Virus record (IMG/VR): IMGVR_UViG_3300028586_000757
Reading direction: 5' to 3' (one strand)
Source: an uncultured virus (IMG/VR IMGVR_UViG_3300028586_000757)
Taxonomy: Duplodnaviria > Heunggongvirae > Uroviricota > Caudoviricetes
Length of the DNA: 64,000 nt
A model generated the notes under the pieces. The model was not told the origin of the DNA, did not search any database, and was given only the letters and a program-made list of their open reading frames with translations. The position numbers were made by a program, and so were the translations under genes. Positions 1 to 9,632 of this stretch are shown here, one piece after another (position 1 is the stretch's first letter; every line of letters begins with the position of its first letter).

Positions 1-29
1 CTACTAAGCAACGGGGCGGGTGTCCCTGT

Positions 30-113
30 GCTGTCTCCCTTTGGCGCGCCTCTCGGCCACACCTCTTCTGAATACGCTGACATCAGGTTCTCCTTTCCGT
101 CGGCCATGGAGAC
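30..113 (+). ncRNA. Candidate structured leader RNA, copy 1
   Basis: GCTGTCTCC(30-38)...TCGGCCATGGAGAC(100-113); GTCTCC pairs with GGAGAC; same layout as copies at 25654 and 58907. Confidence 0.6.
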
Positions 114-138
114 TCGTCGACCAAACGAGGAGAGACTC

Positions 139-1566
139 ATGCGTATCAACTTCAAAACCGCGTCGGTACCGACCCGCGCGGCCAAGCGACTCAAAGCCGC
201 CTTATCCATCAAAGACTCGACTGCCAAGGAGTGGACGGCGCAGGTGTACGGGTATCGAAACTGGCATGACTTGGTGCAGGCCTTAGACACGGCCGGCGTA
301 TCGCCCTTGGATGAAGACTGTCCTCCAAGCGAAGTAGCTGCCCGCAGGCGGTATCAGGTGGCGCAGCTGCAGGCGTGTATGGCCAAAGACCGTGTTGCAC
401 CTCGGCTCAGTGCTGCTGCACTCGTAGACTGCTGGCAGCCTTCTGCCGGGTATCCGAATCAGAAGTTGCGTATTTTGCAGGCGGACGAACGCCCCGAGCG
501 CGCGGCGGCATTTTTGGGACTGGACCATCTCCTATTCTTGCGAGACCTTAGCCCAGGACTTTTGGCGGGCGTACCATCACGGTGCGCCGGCTGGCTGGAT
601 AAGGAAGCTTGCTCAATTGCGCGCGGACTGATGAGGAAAGGGAGCGAAGACGAAAAACGCTTTGCGCGGGCCGTACTCGAGGAGCTCCATGCCCAAGGTA
701 GCTCGGCAGGCACACTGCATCTGGCAATCAGTCTTCTTTTGGGCGCAGGGGGAGAGCAGGACGAAAAACGTGCTGACACGCTCTTTCTGGCTCTGTTGAC
801 TGGCGCTGACACGCCTGAGAATATTCGTGCGGCCGCAGCAGACGGACGCTCCGCTGTCCTGGGCCGAGGTGACGACTGGCCGGCCGACATCTCGAAAGCG
901 CTTGCAACTTGGGAGCAGAAAGCATTGGCGGGAAGTCCCGTTCACGCCTACCGACTGGGGCTCGCGTACGACCAGTTTAAGCCGGCTACACAGGAAGCGC
1001 GAGGTGACCTGGCCAAAGCGGTGAAGTTCTACCGGATGGCCGCGGAGAATGGCCACACGCCGGCAGCGGGGTGCTTGGGCTTCATCTTGTCGGGGAATCG
1101 AGACCTCTGCGAGTATCCGGGAGAGGGCGAGATTTGGCTGGAGCGCGCGGCCCAGGGTGGAGACCGGCTTGCCCTGGAAGTCGGAGCAAAGGTTGATGTT
1201 GCTGTGGCGCAGTTGGCCGCGATGCCGAAAGCTGCAGCGAAGGCACAAATCATGAATCTCGTGGAGCGGCAAATTCCGAAGGCTCAACGCGGAGAGCCTG
1301 AACTTGACCCAGTACTGGGGGAAGTGGTCCTTCTTCCGCCGGCATTGTGGGTCCAGCTGTCGACCGGATTTCTTTTTGAGCGCAAAGAAGATGTTTTCGA
1401 GCGTATCGAGGGCGCTTACCTCGCTCCAACCGTCATGGCAACGTATCCGCGAGGCGTTGACGAGGCGTTTGAGCGAATGGGCTGGGTCCAGCATCACGGC
1501 GAGTTGCTCGAATACTGCAACGCCCATGTCCGCGAAGAGCGAGACGACCGACAGGGTGTCCGGTAG
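139..1566 (+). CDS. Protein with N-terminal glyoxalase-superfamily-like helical domain and Sel1-like repeats
   Basis: RBS GAGGAG before ATG139; AKRLKAAL...AQVYGYRNWHDL; Sel1-like DLAKAVKFYRMAAENGH and WLERAAQGGD. Confidence 0.7.
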   Translation: MRINFKTASVPTRAAKRLKAALSIKDSTAKEWTAQVYGYRNWHDLVQALDTAGVSPLDEDCPPSEVAARRRYQVAQLQACMAKDRVAPRLSAAALVDCWQPSAGYPNQKLRILQADERPERAAAFLGLDHLLFLRDLSPGLLAGVPSRCAGWLDKEACSIARGLMRKGSEDEKRFARAVLEELHAQGSSAGTLHLAISLLLGAGGEQDEKRADTLFLALLTGADTPENIRAAAADGRSAVLGRGDDWPADISKALATWEQKALAGSPVHAYRLGLAYDQFKPATQEARGDLAKAVKFYRMAAENGHTPAAGCLGFILSGNRDLCEYPGEGEIWLERAAQGGDRLALEVGAKVDVAVAQLAAMPKAAAKAQIMNLVERQIPKAQRGEPELDPVLGEVVLLPPALWVQLSTGFLFERKEDVFERIEGAYLAPTVMATYPRGVDEAFERMGWVQHHGELLEYCNAHVREERDDRQGVR

Positions 1567-1579
1567 CCGCCTCTAAACG

Positions 1580-1606
1580 AAAAACGGAACCCCTTGGGGT
1601 TCCGTT
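1580..1606. terminator. Intrinsic terminator between convergent genes
   Basis: AACGGAACCCC-TT-GGGGTTCCGTT hairpin with A-tract. Confidence 0.8.
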
Positions 1607-1653
1607 GTAAATTAAGGCAGTGCTGAGGCGCTCAGCACCGGTATCAGTCTATG

Positions 1654-2364
1654 TCAGCAGCCGCAGCAGCCTTCCACATGCCAGTACGGCTCAGGCTTGC
1701 CGGCTTGCGACTTCGCGTACGCGGCGCGACTTTCCTGTTCTTTCTTGCGCGCCTCGGCGAGACGCTTTTCCAGGGATGCCTGGTTTTTCGTATCCGTCTC
1801 GGTCTTGAGCAGGTTCTTGCAGCAAACCGGACAGTCCGTCAGGCCGTAATACGATGTCATCATGTACCGGCCCCGCTGGAAGAACAGTCCGACGTCGACG
1901 TAGCCAGACGTGCTGCGGTTCAGGTCCTTGAGAGCCGGCTTGTGAATCTTGTGCACATTGATGCTCGAGTCACAGTGCGCACACTTCTTCGTTTTAGACT
2001 TTTGGCCCTGTGCTCGTTCCAGAATACGGTAGTCAAACTCGTTGACTTCCTTCTCGAGTTTGGTGGCCCGGTCAAGGAGGTCTTGTTGGGCTTTCGTGAC
2101 CGGCCAAACCTTGCTGAAGTCGCCGATGCGAAACGCCAGCACACTGCCGCGTTTTTCGAGATGCTTGTCGCAGTAAGCCTGCGCCTGTGCGTGCGTGAAT
2201 GTGCCGTTGACGATGTGAAGACCGTCATTGGAATTCCAGTTACCGCAGTACGCGTCTGTTCCGCCTTCGCGGGCCATCTCGTACAGCTCATCCTGGTACC
2301 ATTCCTTGAGTTTTTCCGGAGTCAGTTGACCGTCGGCGTGGCGGGAGATATTGACTGCACCCAT
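1654..2364 (-). CDS. Hypothetical protein with CxxC pairs (possible Zn-binding)
   Basis: CAHC, CPVC, C-terminal CCGC; RBS and upstream motif at 2403-2418. Confidence 0.7.
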   Translation of the reverse strand: MGAVNISRHADGQLTPEKLKEWYQDELYEMAREGGTDAYCGNWNSNDGLHIVNGTFTHAQAQAYCDKHLEKRGSVLAFRIGDFSKVWPVTKAQQDLLDRATKLEKEVNEFDYRILERAQGQKSKTKKCAHCDSSINVHKIHKPALKDLNRSTSGYVDVGLFFQRGRYMMTSYYGLTDCPVCCKNLLKTETDTKNQASLEKRLAEARKKEQESRAAYAKSQAGKPEPYWHVEGCCGC

Positions 2365-2500
2365 GTATGTCCTCTCTGTTGAAAATTAGCTCAAGCGCTT
2401 GTGTCCTACCCAGTGTAAAAACCGGCTGTTCACTGCGTTGAGGGGAAGAGAAGACGACGAGAGCGCCTCCAGGCGCTCTCGTAGGGTCTAGATGAGGCTA

Positions 2501-2887
2501 TCAGCCCGGGGCCATTCCAAACATCAGCATTGGAAGGAAGAAGATTGCTGCAGCCACAATGATGCCTCCCAGCAGCCACATGGCGTAGAACTCCTGCGCG
2601 ACCGTATCAGGTTCGCACGCGGCACGAACGTCAACCTGTTGGTCTGGGTTAGCTACGCCAGCCCTGTAGAGCTGGTCATGTTTTTGCCGTGCGGCTGCGC
2701 AGTTTTTTAGAATTTCGCTGTTGTGCTGAGCGCTAGCTTGTTGCTCTTTTGCTTGCTGCTGCTCTTGAGCCTTCGCCTTGTTCTTCGCGTATTCCGCGTC
2801 ACCGTGGTGCAGCACGTACGTGTCAAAGGGCTGAAACCCGGCAAGGCAGGCGATGACCGCAACGAGTGCAATTTCCTTGTATTTCAT
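2501..2887 (-). CDS. Hypothetical membrane protein
   Basis: N- and C-terminal hydrophobic segments. Confidence 0.65.
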   Translation of the reverse strand: MKYKEIALVAVIACLAGFQPFDTYVLHHGDAEYAKNKAKAQEQQQAKEQQASAQHNSEILKNCAAARQKHDQLYRAGVANPDQQVDVRAACEPDTVAQEFYAMWLLGGIIVAAAIFFLPMLMFGMAPG

Positions 2888-3077
2888 GATGACCTTCTAG
2901 AGGAGAATGGTCACCTGTAAGCACCTCGTTTAGCCCCTTTATGGTGATGCTGCTATGTTAGTGGGCAAAAAAAGCAGCGCACAATGTGCGCTGCAGAATG
3001 GGCATCAAAAGAAACCGAGGTCAGTTACCCCGATTTGAGTTCTAGACTGCGTGGACTGATATGTATCGGTCACCTGG

Positions 3078-3344
3078 TCAAGCGCCGGCCGGAATGGTCA
3101 GCGATTTCAGTTCATCGACCACTTCACGTGCACTTGCGACTACCTTGGTAGGGCCTGTTCCGTAACCAGGTTCTGGGCCGGTATGAAGGCCATAACCTTG
3201 GTTTTCCCTAACTTCAACGGACACGCCCTCGAGCGAGTCTGTGAAGTCTAACCAGCAAATAGGCAACTTCGTGCCATCACTGATAAAGTTTGCGGTAGGC
3301 ATCTCAGCCTTCAGCAGCTGGGTCAATTCGTCGTACAGGCTCAT
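3078..3344 (-). CDS. Hypothetical protein
   Basis: RBS AAGGAG; last gene of a minus-strand run. Confidence 0.6.
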   Translation of the reverse strand: MSLYDELTQLLKAEMPTANFISDGTKLPICWLDFTDSLEGVSVEVRENQGYGLHTGPEPGYGTGPTKVVASAREVVDELKSLTIPAGA

Positions 3345-3382
3345 GGTTCGCTCCTTCGCGCAAGAATACGGATATTCTACTG

Positions 3383-3670
3383 TTACTGGGCAGCCGCCGG
3401 GTCTTCTGGTCTGGCGAGTACTTCGCCGACAATGCGGTGGTGACTTGGCAGGCCGCCGCCCTCAACTGAAGCACGGCTCCATAGCTGTCCATTCTGGTCG
3501 ATGAGCATGCCCGCGGCAGAACGTTTCTCGAATCGACCGTGCCAAGTGCCGATATCTGGGTCGCATTCGGAGCAGAGCGCAGGCAGCTTGTCTAAGGTGG
3601 TACGGCTCCAGTAATTGCAGCAGGCGGTGTTTTCGACACAACCACACTGGGTGCAAGCGAATATTGGCAT
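3383..3670 (-). CDS. Cys-rich hypothetical protein
   Basis: CTQCGCVENTA, LCSEC; RBS AAGGAG. Confidence 0.7.
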   Translation of the reverse strand: MPIFACTQCGCVENTACCNYWSRTTLDKLPALCSECDPDIGTWHGRFEKRSAAGMLIDQNGQLWSRASVEGGGLPSHHRIVGEVLARPEDPAAAQ

Positions 3671-3672
3671 GC

Positions 3673-4086
3673 TCAAGCTCCTTGAAGGGTGCCAGCGGAA
3701 GCAGGAGCTCCCAGAAGGCTTTCGGCCCAGGCGCAGAAGCGTTCACGCGTGAGCTTGCACGCTTTCTTGCCGTAGATGCCTTGGTCGAAAGGGACAAACG
3801 TCTTGGTTACGATAGCATGCTTGCCGTACGTGGAAATACGCAGGTCGCCGCCCCAGCCTCCTTGCCACCAGAGCGGGGCCAAGCAGAAGAGTTCCATGTC
3901 CCAACGCTCGTCCGACTCTTTGTGTCGTAACGACCACTTGACCAGAAGCTTGCCCGAATTCGGCTCGTAGGTTTCACGGCCGAGAATCTCGAACCCATAT
4001 GCCTGCGCTATTTTGGCAGCTGCCTTATTCAGGCTAAGCCGTTGGGCTGGCGTGCCGGTAGGCTCAGTTGTGGTGCTTATGTTCAT
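3673..4086 (-). CDS. Hypothetical protein
   Basis: RBS GGAG; operon spacing. Confidence 0.6.
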   Translation of the reverse strand: MNISTTTEPTGTPAQRLSLNKAAAKIAQAYGFEILGRETYEPNSGKLLVKWSLRHKESDERWDMELFCLAPLWWQGGWGGDLRISTYGKHAIVTKTFVPFDQGIYGKKACKLTRERFCAWAESLLGAPASAGTLQGA

Positions 4087-4098
4087 CCTAGGCTCCTG

Positions 4099-4647
4099 TT
4101 ACTTCGATTGCTGTCTGAGCAGGTCCGCTGCGAAGGCGCTCAGTTCCTGGCGACTGAAGACAACACACTCCGTCATACGCGTGCCAGAAGTGCCCGGCGT
4201 TGGCAGCTCCAGCTCGTCAAGACGGCCATGGCGCAGCGCCTGGTCAAACAGCGCCCGGTCCTCTTGCGTGTATCCCGGAAGCGTCTGTCGCGCCAGAGCG
4301 ACGTAAGCCCGGGTGAGCAGCTGGTAAGCCGCCTGCAGCTCAGGTACCGTTGTCGCTTGCCTGAACAGGCTGTAACCCGGGCCGATGGCTTCTCGAATTT
4401 CGCTGTACAGCGCGTCGTTTGGGCATGTCTTGCGCATCTGCGTCAGCTGACCCGAGATGACATCAAGCAGGGCGTTGTAAGCCGCGTGCTGAGACGTCCC
4501 CGAGTGGGCTGCGCTCACGCGCTCGAGCACATACGCCCAGGTCGCGCGCACGGTACTGTTCATGAGCTGCATGAAGCCGGCAGCAGGCTCAGCGGCCTGG
4601 ATGGCTGCGCGAGCCACTTCTGCGTCGCGAATGTAGTCTTGTTGCAT
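4099..4647 (-). CDS. Hypothetical protein
   Basis: RBS GGAGG; upstream motif at 4669-4685. Confidence 0.65.
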   Translation of the reverse strand: MQQDYIRDAEVARAAIQAAEPAAGFMQLMNSTVRATWAYVLERVSAAHSGTSQHAAYNALLDVISGQLTQMRKTCPNDALYSEIREAIGPGYSLFRQATTVPELQAAYQLLTRAYVALARQTLPGYTQEDRALFDQALRHGRLDELELPTPGTSGTRMTECVVFSRQELSAFAADLLRQQSK

Positions 4648-4772
4648 TGGTCCTCCCTGTGAATTTGTGTCCTTGCCGCGTATAGGGAGCCCAAAGAAAA
4701 ACAGCGCACCGGAGTGCGCTGTCAGAATAGGTCAAAAGAAGAGTTTTTTCAAAGGACCTGTCCGTTTTGCCG

Positions 4773-5330
4773 TTAGGCCGGCTGGACTTGGCCGGTGGCC
4801 TTGAGCTTGCGGATGTTGGCGTGAATGTTGCCCACATCCGGGTCGCCGTCAGCGGTCAGCGGAAATTCGCTGGCGTAGGCGATTCGGGCGGCCTCGAGTT
4901 CGCTCACGCGCCGGCGTAGGGCATCGACTTCTTGCTGCAGCCGTGCGTTCTGCATTTGCAGGTCAGGTTCTTGCGAGCAGGCCAGCTTCAGAAGCGTTTC
5001 CTGAATCGACGTGAAGACCTTGTTGAAGTCACGCGACGACTCCGCCCGGCGCAGGAAATGAATGTGCGGGAACATGACCAGCTGGACGTCGTTCAGCAGT
5101 TCAGTTCCGGCGCCCGAGTTGCGCTGAATGGCCACTTGCACCGTGATGAAGCTCAGGAGGCTGTAGGTCGCCTGGGAGCTGAAGTTCTCAGCCAGCACCA
5201 CGTCTTCGAGGTGCGTTTTAAGTTGTTCGACGACGGTGGCATTGAATTTTTCGGCAAAGCCTGACACGAGAACTGACGCTGCGAGGGCTGCACGTGCGGT
5301 GGCCTGATTTCGGTTGCGGTCTGGTTTCAT
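4773..5330 (-). CDS. Hypothetical protein (start MKPDRN)
   Basis: RBS AAGGA before ATG5330; coiled-coil C-terminus. Confidence 0.6.
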   Translation of the reverse strand: MKPDRNRNQATARAALAASVLVSGFAEKFNATVVEQLKTHLEDVVLAENFSSQATYSLLSFITVQVAIQRNSGAGTELLNDVQLVMFPHIHFLRRAESSRDFNKVFTSIQETLLKLACSQEPDLQMQNARLQQEVDALRRRVSELEAARIAYASEFPLTADGDPDVGNIHANIRKLKATGQVQPA

Positions 5331-5364
5331 TGTTTTTCCTTGAAGTGCGTATTTGAGGGACGAC

Positions 5365-5748
5365 TTAGTCGACGTGTGGCAGGTCGGTTTTTGCCAAAGC
5401 GATGATGTCGTGCTGAAGCGCTTGGTAAGCAATTTGCACGTCCTCTGCCGTATTGAAGCGACGCATGAGGAGGACGTTCGGGTACAACGCTTCGTGGATT
5501 TCGACGTACATAGTGGCATCCGCGAACACGTTCCGATGTTGCGCCAGGATTGGAACGACCATTGCCAGCAGGTCGATGTAGGCCGCCTCCAATGCAGTGT
5601 GGCCGGCGACAACAACACGTTCCAGCCGAAACGCAAGCTCGTCGATTTGCTTTTCCGAGTGAAATTGCACAGCAAAGTTCTGCACTAAAGCGGTCGAGGC
5701 GAGTGCCGCGCGAACGGTCTGGAATGCGTGCTTACGAGTTTGCTGCAT
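5365..5748 (-). CDS. Hypothetical protein
   Basis: RBS; upstream motif at 5769-5785. Confidence 0.6.
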   Translation of the reverse strand: MQQTRKHAFQTVRAALASTALVQNFAVQFHSEKQIDELAFRLERVVVAGHTALEAAYIDLLAMVVPILAQHRNVFADATMYVEIHEALYPNVLLMRRFNTAEDVQIAYQALQHDIIALAKTDLPHVD

Positions 5749-5995
5749 GGAAGTTCCTTAAATAAGTTGGCCTACCAGGGTATAGCCAGACGAGTTGTTG
5801 CAGCAAGGTGGCATGTAATAGATTCCCGGTGGAAATTTTCTTTGAATTCTGCTAAAATGTATGCCCTATAAGGATTTGTATCATCTGAATGCTCTCGAAC
5901 GAAGCATTCGTGATATTTAAATAATCCCACTATTTCAAACGTCCGTGGCTAAGCCACGCGTAGTGGAACCACCTTCCTTCACTGGAGCACGGATA

Positions 5996-6175
5996 ATGAA
6001 GAAAATCAGCATGCTGATTTTGCTGGCGCTTGTCGCGCCTTCGCAAGCCAGCACAACCCTTTTGGGCTGGTCAGAGCCCCTAATGGTCCCCACTTACCTC
6101 ACCGAAGTACAAAAACAGGTGAGTGTTGAGTCCAATCGGCGGCACCGTGCCGGCTCTGTAAGCGAGGGAACATGA
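5996..6175 (+). CDS. Small putative secreted protein
   Basis: Signal-peptide-like MKKISMLILLALVAPSQA; ATGA overlap with next gene. Confidence 0.45.
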   Translation: MKKISMLILLALVAPSQASTTLLGWSEPLMVPTYLTEVQKQVSVESNRRHRAGSVSEGT

Positions 6176-7161
6176 AACTTCTTGTCGCAACCGGAAAACC
6201 CGTAGTCTCCCGCTGGATTGCCAAGACTGTGCAAGCGACCTGGCCTAACGCTGAGGTGACATTTGTTCACTTGGTTCCGTATGGCAATCTCAGGTTCAGC
6301 TACCCGCGGGGCTTGAAGCTTCAGGACTATCCCCGTATCGCGGAGCCGGCTTATAAGCTCAATGCCTGTGCAAATTGGGCGTGTCGGCCTTTGAGCGTGG
6401 CCAGCGACAGCGCCCTCACCGTGGTTAGCATGCGCCTGGAACTATTCGCAGAAGCGGACCTTATCGTTTTCGCCGGCGACCCCAGCCACGCGGAGGCTGG
6501 CGCATTCGAAGTGATTATGCGCGAAGTCTTCGGTGATGACCGCGCAATGGCTTGTCCCGCTGTGGAGTTGTATGGGTTTGACGAGAAAGGCCTCAACCGC
6601 TCATTTGCCAACCTGCGCCCGGTTGGTGAGCTATTCGCCCAAACGCTACAGTACGGCCGCATCAAGCGGTACTTTGACTTCAATTGGAACATGAACGCCC
6701 TTACGGTTATGGGCGACGCGATGCGCCGTGCGGGTGTCTCGGCGGATGCGCCTCCGTTGTCGAAGTATGCGCTGCAGCTTTTGTACGAACTGCGCCACGA
6801 GGCTCCTTGCGCCGATAACGTCATTCATCAGAAGATGAATGACTGGAAGGGTACGGGCCGCTACCAGTACGCGAAAGGGGAGTGGCGCCCGAGATTAGGC
6901 AGTGCGGCGTCTCGAAGCCAGATTATCGACAATCTGACGGAAGCGGGTCTGCTCGTACGCGTTGACAACGTCTCCGGTGTCAAGCTGACGGTTTCTCCGC
7001 GTGCCCATAAGCTCCTGGAGCTGCTGCACCGCGATTGCCAAGATATGGATATTCCGTTTCGCATTCACGCCTGGTGCGAAGAAGGGGAGGCGGCCAAGCC
7101 GGCCATCGACCGCTATATCAAGACCGTTTTCGGGAAGCAGCTGCGCTTCTCCGGTAAGTGA
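6172..7161 (+). CDS. Degenerate, truncated topoisomerase IA-like (TOPRIM) protein
   Basis: LLVATGKP, ADLIVFAGDPSHAE and LGSAASRSQIIDNL resemble TopoIA motifs (IAEKP, IIATDxDREG, LGTxATRxxII). Confidence 0.6.
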   Translation: MKLLVATGKPVVSRWIAKTVQATWPNAEVTFVHLVPYGNLRFSYPRGLKLQDYPRIAEPAYKLNACANWACRPLSVASDSALTVVSMRLELFAEADLIVFAGDPSHAEAGAFEVIMREVFGDDRAMACPAVELYGFDEKGLNRSFANLRPVGELFAQTLQYGRIKRYFDFNWNMNALTVMGDAMRRAGVSADAPPLSKYALQLLYELRHEAPCADNVIHQKMNDWKGTGRYQYAKGEWRPRLGSAASRSQIIDNLTEAGLLVRVDNVSGVKLTVSPRAHKLLELLHRDCQDMDIPFRIHAWCEEGEAAKPAIDRYIKTVFGKQLRFSGK

Positions 7162-7179
7162 CTCAAGACTGGAACAACC

Positions 7180-7569
7180 ATGACCAAAGTTGCCGTTACT
7201 GACGCCAATGCTGTGCCCTTCAAAGAACGTCTTCTCAACAATGGCGCTGTGGAACGCACCGTGAAGATTCGGGGAGGTCAATACCGTGGCCACGTGCTTC
7301 GATTTACGAAGCACAGCGACGACCGTTACACAGTGTACGGGCTATCCTGCTTGCCATACGTGTGTATCAGCATTGAACGCCGGCACTCCTGGCAAACGGA
7401 GGTGCCTCTGCATGACTCCTGGGCCCGGTTCACCCTGCGACCCGAACACGAGTGGATAGCCAGTGAGCGGGTTCATGACAGCTACTATGGAACGCTTGGG
7501 GTCGGGTCAACTCCCAAAGAAGCATTCCGAAACACGTTTAACCGATTCAGAGAAGGATGGCCGGCCTAA
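7180..7569 (+). CDS. Hypothetical protein
   Basis: ORF in operon spacing. Confidence 0.55.
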   Translation: MTKVAVTDANAVPFKERLLNNGAVERTVKIRGGQYRGHVLRFTKHSDDRYTVYGLSCLPYVCISIERRHSWQTEVPLHDSWARFTLRPEHEWIASERVHDSYYGTLGVGSTPKEAFRNTFNRFREGWPA

Positions 7570-7642
7570 CGCCAGCATCCGTATCCGAGTGCCGGCACCA
7601 CCTACCACATTACTCCGCTTAAATCGAAAGACTCGCAGGACC

Positions 7643-8251
7643 ATGAAGACCGCTTCTGAACATCGCCCAAGTGCGCTTCCGCATGAAGTGCATCAGCTTC
7701 TTGAATTATCTCCGACTGCCGAAAACCTTGCTCAAGTCGACGCTTGGCTAGAGAATCGTGCGACCGACGCCGATTTTTGGCGGATGCTGACGGCGGCCGA
7801 TACGGTGCAGCTGGAAGAGTGGGTGCTGGGTAACCGGCGAGTTCAGGCAAGCTGGGCACTCTCGGCCATTCTCTGCCTGGCAGTGACACTGTTTTTCTCC
7901 GCACATCCCCTGGAGACGTTTGACCGGGACCCGATTGCTGCGGTGTTCTTCACTCTCTTGCTCACGGGGCTCATCAGCCTGTTGGTTTTTTCGGCGCTGT
8001 TCGCGCCGTTCACTCAATGCTGGAATTTTGCTTTCAAGGTACGGGCTGCGTCGGCTCTTTCAAAGAAGCTGGGCTCGGTGTATGACGGAGAGCTGGACGG
8101 GTTCTACAAGCGGGTCAGCCACTTCCCAGCCGCCTGCCAATACATTTACGACATCAAGCGGCATCGACAGGTCCTGCGTCAGGACTTTATCGTCGCGGCC
8201 GCCTTAGTGCCTCCGGAGGTCTTGATGGCAGCTGACCACGCGACCCGCTAA
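7643..8251 (+). CDS. Hypothetical membrane protein
   Basis: RBS AGGA; two TM segments. Confidence 0.6.
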   Translation: MKTASEHRPSALPHEVHQLLELSPTAENLAQVDAWLENRATDADFWRMLTAADTVQLEEWVLGNRRVQASWALSAILCLAVTLFFSAHPLETFDRDPIAAVFFTLLLTGLISLLVFSALFAPFTQCWNFAFKVRAASALSKKLGSVYDGELDGFYKRVSHFPAACQYIYDIKRHRQVLRQDFIVAAALVPPEVLMAADHATR

Positions 8252-8285
8252 TTAGTGGTCAAACGCCGAACCTCGGCCACACGGG

Positions 8286-8759
8286 TCAATGCTGTGCGGG
8301 ATGGAGCAGTGCGACAACCGTTGTCGCATAGAAGTCAGCCAAGCGCTCTAGGTGGGTACGGGGGACGTGTCGAAGCTCGCCGCGCTCCATGCGTGAGACT
8401 GCCGCATGTGACTTCTCAAACCCTAGTGCGTGCTGGGCCACGTAGAGCTGCGTGACCTTTCGTGCTTGGCGGATGCGGACCAGATTGAGCGCAAGGAAAT
8501 GGCGCTGGTCTTCAGAGAGCAGCACCATTTCGTCGACGGCAACCGAGGTTGGCGGCGGGGCTTGTCTCGCCGTTGCCTCTCGCTCAGCGTTGGCGGCTTC
8601 CTGTCGCAAGTCAGCGAATGCTTTCTCTCGTGTCGTACCGCAACCCACAAACCTGGGTCGACCCTGCGCGGTCCGGACGGCGGAGGACGCGTAATAGTAG
8701 ACGTCGCTGAAAAACACTTCATGTACGTCAGCGGGCAAATTCGAGTTTTCGTAGTACAT
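8286..8759 (-). CDS. XRE-family HTH regulator
   Basis: LVRIRQARKVTQLYVA...AAVSRMERG...LERLADFY. Confidence 0.75.
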   Translation of the reverse strand: MYYENSNLPADVHEVFFSDVYYYASSAVRTAQGRPRFVGCGTTREKAFADLRQEAANAEREATARQAPPPTSVAVDEMVLLSEDQRHFLALNLVRIRQARKVTQLYVAQHALGFEKSHAAVSRMERGELRHVPRTHLERLADFYATTVVALLHPAQH

Positions 8760-8836
8760 GCGTCATTCTGGCCAGCGGGAATATTGCACGAATAGTACCA
8801 AACTTGCTGACGGCCTGCCCCTCCACGGAGAGGACT

Positions 8837-9033
8837 TGTTCAAAAATAGAGATGGTTTGAACACGTTGTCTCGATGTGTGCATCACGTGAACACGTCCTC
8901 TCGATATGTTCACGAAAAAGGCAACTTTGAACACGACAGGGGGACCTGTACAGGCGCTGAACATATCGGGTAATCGTGTTCATCCCGATGGGCTTTTTTG
9001 AACACGTTCTTACCGGTGCGTATGCGGTGCACA
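8837..9033. repeat. Array of TGAACA/TGTTCA sites with a 70-bp period
   Basis: TGTTCA at 8837, 8907, 8977; TGAACA at 8858, 8928, 8999 and at 8888, 8958 (9028 is TGCACA). Confidence 0.8.
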
Positions 9034-9078
9034 TAGCATCCCTTCCAGGGGCCTGGCCGAATCCTGTAAGTGCAGCGC

Positions 9079-9393
9079 TCAAGCCTCGCGCATCAGCCGC
9101 AACAGCTCTGCGTCCAGGGCATCGTATAACGCATTCGGGTCCGCTGCCTCGAAATTATCGCCATGGTAGGCGATGCGGTATTCGCGCTTGGGGCTGCGCC
9201 GGCCAGGCGTTTCTGACCATTCCAGCGTTACGTGGTGTTCTTCACACCAGGTGTTGATGGCGCGGACCAAGCGGCTTCGCGCGGCGTCCATGGCTCGAGT
9301 GGATTCGATACGGCAGCCGGCTTGCATGCGAACGACGAGCATGCGAACTGCGAGGTGAGACTGGGATGCTACGATGATAGGCTGGTCGACCAT
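9079..9393 (-). CDS. Hypothetical protein
   Basis: RBS GAGG. Confidence 0.55.
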   Translation of the reverse strand: MVDQPIIVASQSHLAVRMLVVRMQAGCRIESTRAMDAARSRLVRAINTWCEEHHVTLEWSETPGRRSPKREYRIAYHGDNFEAADPNALYDALDAELLRLMREA

Positions 9394-9632
9394 GTTGTCC
9401 TCTAGTGAAAGTCACAGTAGATTTCAACGGCCCAGCAGCTGTTTGAAAGGCGTATCCACGCCTCGACCGGTTTGACGGTCCAACCCATGTCCAGGGACTG
9501 ACGTGTCCCTGACCGTGTGACAAAAGTATACCGCGCAGCTCCGGCATTGTCACTCGCGCGTCGACACAATAAAAAACGCTCACCAGAAGGTGAGCGTTGG
9601 GTAATCAGCAGGGTCAGCCTGCATTGGCGGGT

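Noticed and set aside
28..138. N-terminal extension of the first ORF (start at 28)
   Set aside because: The RBS precedes ATG139 and the extension overlaps the structured leader.
8837..9033. TGAACA array as a CRISPR or TIGR array
   Set aside because: Conserved parts are only hexamers in mixed orientation with a 70-bp period, and there is no adjacent Cas or Nop-domain gene.
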